Source: a virus (Duplodnaviria; Caudoviricetes). From it: DNA of 60,522 nucleotides. The position numbers and the translations under genes were made by a program. Shown here in pieces: positions 16,999 through 26,240 of the stretch (position 1 is its first letter; the number at the start of each line of letters is the position of its first letter). The stretch is taken from positions 1 through 60,522 of the IMG/VR virus record IMGVR_UViG_3300010373_000011; one strand, 5' to 3'. The notes under the pieces were generated by a model. The model had not been told where the DNA came from and searched no databases. It was given only the letters and a program-made list of their open reading frames with translations.

Positions 16999-17351
16999 AC
17001 GCGACCAAGACCAAGAAGCTGACCGTCACCATCACCCGTGGCGACCTCGAGCGCATCCTGAGGCAAGCCGCCGATGCGTTCACGACCGCGGCATCGCAGG
17101 CCGCAAGAGATGCGGCTGCGCGGGCTGACGAAAAGCACGGCGAACTCGTCCGGGCGCTCTTCTGCGGGGTTGCCGAAAACATCACGGCACTCAAGACCGA
17201 CTGCCTTGATGCCCATTTCGGACCCGAACCGCCGTATCCGATGACGCCGGCGGTGACGGTGAGTGCGGCTGCGGTGGTTGTGGATACGGACCAGGCGGAC
17301 GCCGAAGCAGAGCGGCAACGGTTGATGGACCAGGCGGAATGTAAGTGGTGA
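16995..17351 (+). CDS. Hypothetical protein
   Basis: ATGA overlap with csrA. Confidence 0.6.
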   Translation: MNATKTKKLTVTITRGDLERILRQAADAFTTAASQAARDAAARADEKHGELVRALFCGVAENITALKTDCLDAHFGPEPPYPMTPAVTVSAAAVVVDTDQADAEAERQRLMDQAECKW

Positions 17352-17355
17352 ACCA

Positions 17356-17844
17356 ATGCTCAGCGTCAACGACTATCGAACTGCGGACCTCGGACCGACA
17401 GCGACTTATGGCCGCCGCCGACTCTGTTGGATTCCCGCGAGCCGCGAGCATCCGGAATGGGACCGCCGCGACGGAAACCTGACGCTCGTAATGCAGCACG
17501 CGCGAACCGGCTGGGGGCGGAAAATCGAAACAGACACTTACGCGGTCGAAGAGCAACCACCCATTATCGGCGTCATGGGTCGCGTGTTCCTGCTTCTCAA
17601 CCTGAGCGACGACGAGCAGGACCAGCCGTATCAGTGCGTGATTGGTCCGAACGAACAGTGCACCTGTACGGCGGCGAAGTGCAAGGTTCCCGCAAGTGAG
17701 AATTCGCATGGGTGCAAGCACATTGATGCACTTAATTATCTGGTCGAGAACGGGCATCTGGGCGGCGAAAGCGAGACGGAATCCGGGTCTTGGTATGACC
17801 CCGATTACGGCGAAATGACGCAGCGCGAAATGGCGATGCTGTGA
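17356..17844 (+). CDS. SWIM-type zinc-finger protein
   Basis: CTC...CKHI motif. Confidence 0.65.
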   Translation: MLSVNDYRTADLGPTATYGRRRLCWIPASREHPEWDRRDGNLTLVMQHARTGWGRKIETDTYAVEEQPPIIGVMGRVFLLLNLSDDEQDQPYQCVIGPNEQCTCTAAKCKVPASENSHGCKHIDALNYLVENGHLGGESETESGSWYDPDYGEMTQREMAML

Positions 17845-17870
17845 GGAAGTTCCTCAGGGACGAATCCACC

Positions 17871-19208
17871 ATGAACGAGGCGGAACCGATGAGTACGGAA
17901 CTGGCAACGGTCCAACGGAACGGGACGGGAGCGATGCTCGTAGCAGACGTTCTCGCGCAGGAAGGCGAGCAAAGAAACCTGCTTGGCGAGTTCGTCGCGA
18001 AACACATGACCGAGAACAGTGACTACGGGGTTATCCCCGGCACAAAGAACAAGACGCTGCTCAAGCCGGGCGCGGAAAAGCTCACCACCATTTTCCGGTG
18101 CGTGCCCCGGTTCGTGATTGAAGAGAAAATCGAGAACTGGGAATCGGGGCTCTTCTACTATCGCTTCTCCTGCCACATCGTAACGCTCGCCGATGGCAAC
18201 GTGGTTGCCGAGGGCGTCGGCTCGTGCAGCACCTACGAAAGCCGCTATCGCTGGCGAACGGCCAACCGCGTTTGCCCCGCTTGCGGTGCGGACGCGATCC
18301 TTCGGAGTAAGCATCCGCCGCGCGACAACCCGCACGCCGCACCGGGCTGGTTTTGCTGGAACAAAAAGGGCGGGTGCGGAGCCAACTTCGCGGCAGACGA
18401 TATCGCCGTCACGGGGCAGGCATCGGGCCGCGTGCAGAACCCGGACCTGTGCGACTGCGCGAACACTGTGCTCAAGATGGCGAAGAAGCGGGCTCATGTT
18501 GATGCCGCGATTGCCCTGGCCCGCTGCTCGGACATCTTCACTCAGGACGTAGAAGACTTCTCGGAAGCCCCCCGTGAAGAACCACAACAGAACAACCGCA
18601 ACGGTCAAACCGACCTGCGGAACATCCCCGGCGTCAAGTCCGGCGCGGACCTGAAACCCCCGCGCAACTTCGAAGCCGAGTTCGCCGCGTGCGGCACGCT
18701 TCCCGACCTTCAACGCCTCTGGGTCAGTCTAACCCTGGACCAAAAGCGACAAGCGGCCGCCGCCAAGGACCTTCGCAAGGACCAGTTAGCGGTGTCTGCA
18801 TCGGAGGGTGACGATCGATCGGATCCTTCGAAGTCTGCGATCGGTGCGGGGCGGACCTCCACGATGGCTGCAACTGCCACGAAGACGCCATCGGATTGCC
18901 GCAGCACTGATTCGGAGGGTGAGCAGCGCTCGGACCCTACGACGACGGGGGCGGCTACGGCCCGGACGAGTAAGCCGCGCCTGCCCAAGCCATCGAACAC
19001 CTACCCGACCGTGGACGAGCTTGTGAAGCTCGTGGAAACGGTCGCCAAAATCAACGGCGAAGACGAGGCGGTTCTCTTCGGCCTGGCGTGCAACGTGGTC
19101 GATGCGCCGGACCTGATGGAACTGACCGACCACGAGCGGGTGCGGGTCGATGACTGGCTCCGCAACCGGGCTCACCAGCACAACACCGTAACTTCGGGGG
19201 CACCATGA
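17871..19208 (+). CDS. Putative ssDNA-annealing/recombination protein with Zn ribbon
   Basis: DYGVIPGTKNKTLLKPGAEKL, EGVGSCSTYE, NTVLKMAKKRA...SDIFTQDVED; next to gp157. Confidence 0.6.
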   Translation: MNEAEPMSTELATVQRNGTGAMLVADVLAQEGEQRNLLGEFVAKHMTENSDYGVIPGTKNKTLLKPGAEKLTTIFRCVPRFVIEEKIENWESGLFYYRFSCHIVTLADGNVVAEGVGSCSTYESRYRWRTANRVCPACGADAILRSKHPPRDNPHAAPGWFCWNKKGGCGANFAADDIAVTGQASGRVQNPDLCDCANTVLKMAKKRAHVDAAIALARCSDIFTQDVEDFSEAPREEPQQNNRNGQTDLRNIPGVKSGADLKPPRNFEAEFAACGTLPDLQRLWVSLTLDQKRQAAAAKDLRKDQLAVSASEGDDRSDPSKSAIGAGRTSTMAATATKTPSDCRSTDSEGEQRSDPTTTGAATARTSKPRLPKPSNTYPTVDELVKLVETVAKINGEDEAVLFGLACNVVDAPDLMELTDHERVRVDDWLRNRAHQHNTVTSGAP

Positions 19209-19747
19209 CCGCGACACTGGAACGACGGACGCTGTTCGGCATCGGCACCGAATTCCTGGCGCTGAACGAACGCCTCGACGAACTCACCGGCGAGATTGCC
19301 GACCCCGCGCTCGACGCGGAGTTCGCGGCGTCGTTCGCCGACGTGGAAACCGCCGAGGGCGTGAAGCTCGACCGCTACGTGAACTGGATTCGGTCGCTGG
19401 AAATGGAAGCGTCCACCGCCCGCTCGGAAGCGGAAGAGTACATCGCCCGCGCCCAGGCTCGCGAGAACCGCGTCAAGTGGCTCAAACAGCGGATGAAAGC
19501 CTACCTGGAATACACGAACCGGCAGAAGGTGCAGACCGCCACGGGGCGCACGCTGGCGATTCAAGCCAACGGCGGTTCGGTGCCCGTGAAGCTCGCCGAC
19601 GGCATCGACCCGGCGACCGTTCCCGATGACCTCGTGATTGTGAAACGAACCGTGGACACCGATGCCGTTCGCAAGGCGCTCCAGGCGGGTCGGGAATTGC
19701 CGTTCGCCACGCTCGGCGAGCGCGGCAGCCATTTGAGGATTCGCTGA
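19205..19747 (+). CDS. Siphovirus Gp157-family protein
   Basis: Coiled coil; C-terminal DTDAVRKALQAGRELPFATLGERGSHLRIR. Confidence 0.85.
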   Translation: MTATLERRTLFGIGTEFLALNERLDELTGEIADPALDAEFAASFADVETAEGVKLDRYVNWIRSLEMEASTARSEAEEYIARAQARENRVKWLKQRMKAYLEYTNRQKVQTATGRTLAIQANGGSVPVKLADGIDPATVPDDLVIVKRTVDTDAVRKALQAGRELPFATLGERGSHLRIR

Positions 19748-19998
19748 TGAACCCTCCCACCCCGGCACAGCTTCGCATGCTCAAGGCGATCCGCGCCCAC
19801 TGGGCACGCTACGGCGTTGGCCCGACGATCCGCGACCTGATGGCGGCGACAGGCATCGGCTCGCCGAATGGCGTGGTCTCGCACCTGAACAACATGCTTG
19901 CGAAGGGGATCATCGAGTGGGACCGCAAGGGAGCCGCGCGGCAACTGTGGCCGGCGGGACTGCGGGAGAAGATTCGGCAACTTGCGAAGGCGAGTTGA
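19747..19998 (+). CDS. LexA DNA-binding-domain-only protein
   Basis: TPAQLRML...GVGPTIRDLMAATGIGSPNGVVSHLNNMLAKGII. Confidence 0.8.
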   Translation: MNPPTPAQLRMLKAIRAHWARYGVGPTIRDLMAATGIGSPNGVVSHLNNMLAKGIIEWDRKGAARQLWPAGLREKIRQLAKAS

Positions 19999-20074
19999 AC
20001 AAGATGCTCAGGGCCGATGAATGGCTCAGGAAACGGGCTCAGCCGAGCAAAGAGTACCAAGAGGTGCCGTTCTG

Positions 20075-20287
20075 ATGAACAAGGTTCCCATTAGCGACGC
20101 GAAGGACATTGCCATGCGGCATAGGTCCATTGGTGCCTTGGTCCTGACGGTCGGCGACAACCAGTTTGCTGTGACGACCTACGGCCACACGCGGGCATCT
20201 TGCGATGCCATGCGGAAGGTAAACGAACAAATCGCCGAATGCATCCGTTCCGGGATCATCAGCATCCCGGACGAATTGCGAACGTGA
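20075..20287 (+). CDS. Small hypothetical protein
   Basis: GAGGT RBS; KVPISDAKDIA...TTYG. Confidence 0.55.
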   Translation: MNKVPISDAKDIAMRHRSIGALVLTVGDNQFAVTTYGHTRASCDAMRKVNEQIAECIRSGIISIPDELRT

Positions 20288-20370
20288 TTGCCCACCCCGG
20301 ACCAGCTACGACGCTGGCCGGGATAAGGATAGCCCAGGGAGTAGGCCAATGCCCACGCAGAGCGTAAACT

Positions 20371-20580
20371 ATGCTGACCATGGCGCGCAAGAAGAAGCCC
20401 AAACCCGTTTCTCCGAAGTGGGCGAAGTCGTTCACCGCGCTTCAGGAACGCCTGGCCGCCAGCAACGACGAGATGGCGGAGAAGTTCGGCGTCGGCGTCC
20501 GCACCTATCTCTCTTGGAAATACGGCGAACGCAATCCGTCGCCGACCGGCGCAAAGCTCCTCGAAATCCTTTCCAAGTAA
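20371..20580 (+). CDS. XRE-family HTH regulator
   Basis: SNDEMAEKFGVGVRTYLSWKYGERNPS. Confidence 0.8.
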   Translation: MLTMARKKKPKPVSPKWAKSFTALQERLAASNDEMAEKFGVGVRTYLSWKYGERNPSPTGAKLLEILSK

Positions 20581-20586
20581 GCAAAC

Positions 20587-20658
20587 TACACAAAGTGTAT
20601 TTTTCGGGTTGACCGTTCCAAAGGTCGCCCGTAACATTCCGTCTATACACAAAGTGTA
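20587..20658 (+). promoter_or_regulatory. Sigma70 promoter flanked by two identical palindromic operators
   Basis: TACACAAAGTGTA at 20587 and 20646; TTGACC-N17-TAACAT at 20609-20637. Confidence 0.75.
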
Positions 20659-20677
20659 GTCAATGTAAGGAAGCATC

Positions 20678-21622
20678 ATGCCGAAACTGCAAGACCATCC
20701 GCTGGCCGCAATCTTCCCGCTAATGCCGGACGATGAGCTCGCCGAACTTGCGGACGACATCGAAGCGAATGGGCTTCGCGATCCAATCTGGCTCCTGGAT
20801 GGGAAGATTCTCGACGGACGTAACCGCTATCGGGCGTGCGAACTCAAGGACATCGACGCGAGGGTAGAGCACTACAAGGGTAAGGACGCGCTGGGGTTCG
20901 TCATATCGCGAAACCTGCATCGTCGCCATCTCACGGCCAGCCAACGCGCCATGGCAGCAGCCAGAACGAAGGAGATTTACGAAGAGCAAGCTAAGGAGCG
21001 ACAGAAGGAATCAGGTAAGATTCACGGGCGAGGCAAGGAAAAGGTTGTGGAAAATTTTCCACAACCTATTTCCGGGAAGGCACGCGATCAAGCTGGTGAA
21101 GCGCTGAACGTCAGCGGTAAGTCGGTCGATGCCGCCACGAAGGTCATCGAAGAAGGCATTCCCGAATTGGCCGAGGCGGTGGACAAAGGCAAACTCCCAG
21201 TCTCGACAGCCGCAAAGGCGGCGGACCTTCCGAAGAATAAGCAGCGCGAAATTGCCAAGTCGGACAACCCCAAGAAGGCAGCAAACGAAGCTCTCAAGGA
21301 AGAGAAACAAGAAGAAGCCGCGTCGCAACCAAAGGAGCCTATCGAGTTCGTGGCCGAGGAAGTTCAGCGGTTCATTCGCCTCACTGATGCACTCAAACGG
21401 GAAGTGGAGAAGACATCCGAAGCCGAACCGCTCTTCAAAAAGTTCGTGCACGTCGAAAGCATCACCGCCCAGTACACGGCCGCCCGCAAGGCGCTGTTCC
21501 AATCGAAGCCCACCGAGCCATGCAACTGCACGCGCGGCAACCAGACGGCCGCTGCTGAGTGCAAAGCGTGTTTCGGCACCGGCAAGTGTCCTCCGAATCG
21601 CGTGCTGAAAGGTGGGCGGTGA
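20678..21622 (+). CDS. ParB-like N-terminal domain protein with HTH and C-terminal Zn motif
   Basis: HPLAAIFPLM...ILDGRNRYRAC...SRNLHRRHLTASQRA. Confidence 0.8.
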   Translation: MPKLQDHPLAAIFPLMPDDELAELADDIEANGLRDPIWLLDGKILDGRNRYRACELKDIDARVEHYKGKDALGFVISRNLHRRHLTASQRAMAAARTKEIYEEQAKERQKESGKIHGRGKEKVVENFPQPISGKARDQAGEALNVSGKSVDAATKVIEEGIPELAEAVDKGKLPVSTAAKAADLPKNKQREIAKSDNPKKAANEALKEEKQEEAASQPKEPIEFVAEEVQRFIRLTDALKREVEKTSEAEPLFKKFVHVESITAQYTAARKALFQSKPTEPCNCTRGNQTAAAECKACFGTGKCPPNRVLKGGR

Positions 21623-23751
21623 TGCGCACTCTACGCCCCTATCAAAAGCAGGCCATCGAATCCGTGCGCCGCGTTCTCGAAAGGAACGCATCGGCGATCG
21701 TGGTGCTACCGACCGGGACCGGCAAGACTTCCGTTGCTTCCACGCTCATGAACGAGTGGCCGGGCGGCAATTGCCTTTTCCTGGCGCACACTCGCGAACT
21801 GGTGGACCAGGCCGCCGGCCGACTCGAAGGGGAACTCGGCTACCCGCCCGTTATCGAAATGGGCATCCGCGGCGGCGATGAGGGTCTTTTCTATCAGGGC
21901 GGCATGGTGGTCATTGGTTCCGTGCAATCCATGCTCACGGATCGGCGGCTCGCCAAATACGAACGGAATCCGTTCGACCTCATCGTTATCGACGAGTGCG
22001 TCACCGGCGACACCCTCATCAACACGGATGTTGGTGAAATCCGTATTGATTCACTTCCGACATCACATGCTAGTTGTGTGATGACATATAATGGTGAGGC
22101 GGTGTGTTACCGCCCCATTACCGCGTTCATGCCGAAGGGTGTGCGACCGGTACTGCGGATCGAAACCGCGTCCGGGAGGATCATCCGATGCACGGGGAAT
22201 CACCCGCTGTACACGGCGAGGGGGTGGGTAAACGCATCGGCCGTCCGCGAGTCCGACAGCCTGTTGTGTGCCGGTGCTGGTGCGGCGAGCCGGCCGGAGT
22301 TAACAAGTGGGGCCGACCCCGCAGTTGCGACGCCCGCCGCGCCATCTGGCGAGAGGTCGCTCCCCACGTCCCCGACTGCATGCACTACAAGTTTCGATCC
22401 TGTCGTCTCCGTGCGAAGCGACGGGGATGAGTCGGTCTACGACATCACCGTCGATGACACCCACTGCTTCTTTGCTAACGGCATTCTCGCTCACAACTGC
22501 CATCGCGCCACCTCGCGCAGCTATCGTAAGATCGTCGAGTACTTCGTCGGCAAGAATGCCACTTGCAAAACGGTTGGACTGACCGCAACCCCGAACCGCG
22601 CTGACGGTACGGCCCTTGGCCTTGTCTTTGAGCAAGTCGCCTATGCGATGGACATCCCCGATGCCATCGATAACGGGTGGCTCGTTCAGATTCGGGAGCG
22701 GGCCATTGTGGTTTCCGATGTTGAAATCACTGGGCCGAACAAGACGAACGAACTTGGTGAGAAAGACTTCACCGATTCGGCCGTTGAGTCTGTGATGATC
22801 GACGAGCGAGCACTCCGCGCTACTGCACAGCCACTTGTCGAGCAAGCCGCCGGCCGTCCAACGCTTGTCTTTTGCGCTTCAGTCCGCCACGCCCATGAAC
22901 TCGCGGCCATGATCGACAGCTACGCCCCCGGCGCCGCCGCTGCCGTCGATGGCGAGACGCCCATTGAGCAGCGGCTTACGCTCATCAAACAATTCAAGAG
23001 CGGCGAAATCCAATTCCTTTGCAACGCTCAGCTTTTTATTGAAGGATTCGATTCGCCGAACTGCGCTTGCGTCGCCATCGCGCGGCCAACAAAGTCAGTG
23101 GGACGGTACACCCAAATGATCGGCCGCGGGCTCCGGCCCCTGCCGGGCATCGTCGATAACCCCGGTGATTCCACCGACCGCAAACTGTGGATTGCGACCT
23201 CGGATAAGCCCGACGCCCTCATTCTCGATTTTGTCAATGCGGGGGCGGTCGGACTCGTCACTATCGACGACATTCTTGGCGGCAACTACGACGTTGAGAC
23301 TCGCCAACTTGCGGCAACGGATCGCGAGGCTAACGACACAAGCGTGAAGAGCAGCCTAGAGCGTGCCAAGTTCCTTCTCGCCCTTGAGCGCGAAATGGAC
23401 GCTCGCTCCAAGAATCAAAGCGCTGTGGACTATGAAGTATTCGACCGGGACGGGCGAGCGGTCGCCACCGCGCCGGGGGCATCAACGAAAACTCGCGGCA
23501 CCATTACGGACGGGCAACTCGGCTTTCTGATTTCTCTCGGCTGCGAACCCGATCACGCCACCTGCATGAGCCAGCGTCAGGCAGCGGCAGTTATCAATTC
23601 GATGCGCGAATCCCACTGCACGACAAAACAGCGCCAAGTTCTGGGACGCGCGGGCATTGATGCTACCGGCATCGGTTTCGAACGGGCTAGCCGCATTATC
23701 GACGCACTCAAGGCCAACAACTGGCGACGCCCGGAGGTACTTCCTGAATGA
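21622..23751 (+). CDS. SF2 (DExH) helicase with intein
   Basis: LRPYQ, LPTGTGKT, DE|CH, GLTATP, EGFD, QMIGRGLR. Confidence 0.92.
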   Translation: MRTLRPYQKQAIESVRRVLERNASAIVVLPTGTGKTSVASTLMNEWPGGNCLFLAHTRELVDQAAGRLEGELGYPPVIEMGIRGGDEGLFYQGGMVVIGSVQSMLTDRRLAKYERNPFDLIVIDECVTGDTLINTDVGEIRIDSLPTSHASCVMTYNGEAVCYRPITAFMPKGVRPVLRIETASGRIIRCTGNHPLYTARGWVNASAVRESDSLLCAGAGAASRPELTSGADPAVATPAAPSGERSLPTSPTACTTSFDPVVSVRSDGDESVYDITVDDTHCFFANGILAHNCHRATSRSYRKIVEYFVGKNATCKTVGLTATPNRADGTALGLVFEQVAYAMDIPDAIDNGWLVQIRERAIVVSDVEITGPNKTNELGEKDFTDSAVESVMIDERALRATAQPLVEQAAGRPTLVFCASVRHAHELAAMIDSYAPGAAAAVDGETPIEQRLTLIKQFKSGEIQFLCNAQLFIEGFDSPNCACVAIARPTKSVGRYTQMIGRGLRPLPGIVDNPGDSTDRKLWIATSDKPDALILDFVNAGAVGLVTIDDILGGNYDVETRQLAATDREANDTSVKSSLERAKFLLALEREMDARSKNQSAVDYEVFDRDGRAVATAPGASTKTRGTITDGQLGFLISLGCEPDHATCMSQRQAAAVINSMRESHCTTKQRQVLGRAGIDATGIGFERASRIIDALKANNWRRPEVLPE
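21997..22497 (+). mobile_element. Mini-intein (167 aa) inserted in the helicase DECH motif
   Basis: Starts CVTGDT; block B CTGNHPL; ends VYDITVDDTHCFFANGILAHN followed by +1 Cys. Confidence 0.93.
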
Positions 23752-24101
23752 TCGAACGCCTAATCGAAACGCTTGCCAAGCGCGGCCTCACAATCACCAA
23801 AGGGAATGCTCCGGATGAACTGCTTCTCAAAGGGCCCGACTCCGAAAGGACCGAACAAGTAATGGCTGCATTGAAGGAGTTCAAACCGCTGTTGATCGAA
23901 TGGTTTAGCCGGGAGCAAAACGTCGTCCGTGAGTATGACATGCAACCGGCAAAGATCGAAGGCGATCCGCAGCCCGACGACGATGGCGAAATATGCCGCC
24001 AGTGCAATGCGACTTGGTACTGTTCGCCCGCTGAGATTCGCGAACGAGTGCAAAGTCCGCACTGGTGCGCGACGCCGAGCTGCCCTTATAGGAGCAAGTG
24101 A
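23748..24101 (+). CDS. Hypothetical protein, TubC-N-like N-terminus with C-terminal Cys cluster
   Basis: LIETLAKRGLTI...LLLKGP...LKEFKPLLIEW. Confidence 0.55.
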   Translation: MIERLIETLAKRGLTITKGNAPDELLLKGPDSERTEQVMAALKEFKPLLIEWFSREQNVVREYDMQPAKIEGDPQPDDDGEICRQCNATWYCSPAEIRERVQSPHWCATPSCPYRSK

Positions 24102-24289
24102 TGGACCGACCAGGGCCGCAGCCACACAACGCGGGGATCACTCCAGGGTTTGGCGATCGTGAAGAACTGGACCTTCGGGAAGAGGTTGAAAACCTCAAGG
24201 AAATATGCCGCCAACAAGCGATGCGAATGGACTCCATCGAAATCGAGAATCGGCGGTTGCGGCAACTGCTGGGGTCGCGGTCCAAGTGA
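24098..24289 (+). CDS. Small coiled-coil protein
   Basis: Coupled overlaps on both sides. Confidence 0.55.
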   Translation: MMDRPGPQPHNAGITPGFGDREELDLREEVENLKEICRQQAMRMDSIEIENRRLRQLLGSRSK

Positions 24290-24507
24290 AGTCGCCTGCG
24301 GACGAATGGGAAGAACTCATGCGGAAGGCCCGCGACTTGGCGGTTCGCGGCGTCCGCCTCGGGGTCCGGGTTGGCGAGAACAACGGGTTCGGAGAATCGA
24401 CGTTGTTCCATGAGCAATACGTCAAGGCGGAAAAACTGTGTGAGGAACTAACGGCGTTCCTCAAATCCCGAGTCGAGAACGCGAAAGGACAAACCGGAAG
24501 AACATAG
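24286..24507 (+). CDS. Small hypothetical protein
   Basis: GTGA overlap with upstream stop. Confidence 0.55.
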   Translation: MKSPADEWEELMRKARDLAVRGVRLGVRVGENNGFGESTLFHEQYVKAEKLCEELTAFLKSRVENAKGQTGRT

Positions 24508-24513
24508 CCCAAC

Positions 24514-24803
24514 TTGTTCGGGCAATCCGTGTGCATTCGAGCGGCCCTGCGGGGATCGAATGGAAAGCCTTGCCAGGGCGTTCAGGAAAAACTGGCAGCG
24601 GTGGCCCGGTCGCGGGCCGCCTCACCGTCAGTTCCCGTTCGCGTCCGACGCCTTAGAACGGGGCCAATGCTGAACGGCGGGCAGGGTGAAAGCCCCGGAT
24701 GCCCGAACAAAACACCGGGGACGGTCGCTATACCGCTGGCTCCAAACGCGGGAATGTGGACCTTCACCGACCTCGTAAAAGGGGTCGGTGCGTACCCGCA
24801 TTC
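24514..24803 (+). ncRNA. Candidate structured RNA (or ssDNA structure) of unknown class
   Basis: Nested helices 24514-24529/24696-24710, 24534-40/24556-62, 24567-74/24680-87, 24579-85/24670-76 plus inner stems; second hairpin ~24742-24803. Confidence 0.55.
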
Positions 24804-24829
24804 ACCACCACAGGAATATGGTCGGTTAC

Positions 24830-25234
24830 ATGACTGATTCCATCGAACTGACACTGCCTTACCCGCCCAGCGTGAACCACTATTGGCGATCCCGCATCGC
24901 CAGGACGCGAGGGGGGAAGAGCTACATCCAGACGTATTTATCTGCGGAAGCAAAGGCGTACAAGGTGGCTGTGGTGGCCGTGGTGTGGGAAACGGTTGGC
25001 GTGATTCGATTGCAAGGCGAGTTGAGTTTCGAAGCTGTGTTGCATCCGCCGGATAAACGAGTGAGGGATTTGGACAATATCAACAAGAGCCTTTGGGATG
25101 CACTAAAAGAGGCGAAACTATTTCTCGACGATTCACAGATTAAAGAGATGCATACGAAGTTCGGCCCACCCATCCCCGGCGGTCGGGCGGTGGTGAGGGT
25201 GGGGGTGAGGGGTGAAGGAGGATTAGCGACGTGA
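24830..25234 (+). CDS. rusA: RusA-family Holliday junction resolvase
   Basis: LPYPPSVNHYW, PPDKRVRDLDNINKSLWDAL...DDSQI. Confidence 0.92.
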   Translation: MTDSIELTLPYPPSVNHYWRSRIARTRGGKSYIQTYLSAEAKAYKVAVVAVVWETVGVIRLQGELSFEAVLHPPDKRVRDLDNINKSLWDALKEAKLFLDDSQIKEMHTKFGPPIPGGRAVVRVGVRGEGGLAT

Positions 25235-26220
25235 TCGACGTGGTTTCATTCGGCGGCGGGGTGCAGTCTACCGCCATCATGACGCTAGCCGGCGAGGGGC
25301 TGATCCCCATGCCGCATCGGTGGGTATTCAGCGACCCCGGCTTCGAGAGCCAGGCGACCTACACCCACTTGGAACGGTGCACGGAATACATCGCGAAGAA
25401 AGGTGGCCGGTTGGACTTGGTGACGGCGGGAAACATCCGCGATGACGCCGTTGCTTTCGCGCAACGGCGTCAGAACAGCGACGTGAAACGGTATGCCAGC
25501 ATTCCCATGTTCATCGACAAGCGGGACGGAACCGACGGCATCCTGCCGCGGCAATGCACGAGCGAATACAAGATCGAGCCGATTGAGCGATACCACCGCC
25601 GCGAAGTGCTGGGATTGCAACCCCGCCAGCGGGCACCGAAGGTTCCTTCGGTCAACGTGTGGATCGGCATCAGTTCGGACGAGTCGCACCGGGCAACGGC
25701 TCCCGGCTCGTGGCGTAACGAGACCGCGACGCTCGGCACTGATCTACTCGGCGACCCGCTGATGCAAACGCGCCGCGTATGGGTGCCATGCCCGTGGCAG
25801 GTGAAGTCGTTCCCGCTGCTCGGCGAGATCATCCATCCCGACCGCCGCCATGAACCGGATCGGCGATTCGACGCTTGCGAGGGCTGGGACCGCGAAGACG
25901 CGAAGAACTGGCTGGAAAGGTCGTGGCCGTGGCCCGTGCCGCGCTCGGCGTGCATCTGCTGCCCGTACCGCACCAATGCCGAGTGGCGGGACATGCGGGA
26001 CCACTCGCCGGCGGAGTTTGCCCAGGCCGTGGCGTTCGACCGCGACATCCGGGAAGCCTACGCCGCGGGCCGCTTGGCCCGCGGCGAGTTGGCGGGCGTG
26101 CCGTACCTGCACCGAACGAAGAAGCCGCTCGACATGGTGGACCTGAGCGTGCCGCTGAATGATCGCAAGGGTTGCGGCGGGTTGTTCAGCCAGGAACCGG
26201 ATGGAATCTGTGGAGTGTAA
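25231..26220 (+). CDS. PAPS-reductase-like (adenine nucleotide alpha-hydrolase) phage protein
   Basis: VSFGGGVQST, FSDPGFE, RQCTSEYKIEPI, WIGISSDE, RSACICCPY. Confidence 0.8.
   Translation: MIDVVSFGGGVQSTAIMTLAGEGLIPMPHRWVFSDPGFESQATYTHLERCTEYIAKKGGRLDLVTAGNIRDDAVAFAQRRQNSDVKRYASIPMFIDKRDGTDGILPRQCTSEYKIEPIERYHRREVLGLQPRQRAPKVPSVNVWIGISSDESHRATAPGSWRNETATLGTDLLGDPLMQTRRVWVPCPWQVKSFPLLGEIIHPDRRHEPDRRFDACEGWDREDAKNWLERSWPWPVPRSACICCPYRTNAEWRDMRDHSPAEFAQAVAFDRDIREAYAAGRLARGELAGVPYLHRTKKPLDMVDLSVPLNDRKGCGGLFSQEPDGICGV
25696..25775 (+). repeat. 80-bp inverted repeat, copy 1 (inside PAPS-reductase-like gene)
   Basis: 74/80 identity to the reverse complement of 29868-29947. Confidence 0.9.
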
Positions 26221-26240
26221 AAGCACGGAGGCCGCACGCG

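Noticed and set aside
19744-20080. Other CTGATGA occurrences as hammerheads
   Set aside because: They are stop/start junctions without stems or a correctly placed GAAA/NUH
24514-24803. Group II intron or retron ncRNA
   Set aside because: No domain V/VI, no interrupted gene and no reverse transcriptase; kept only as an unclassified RNA candidate
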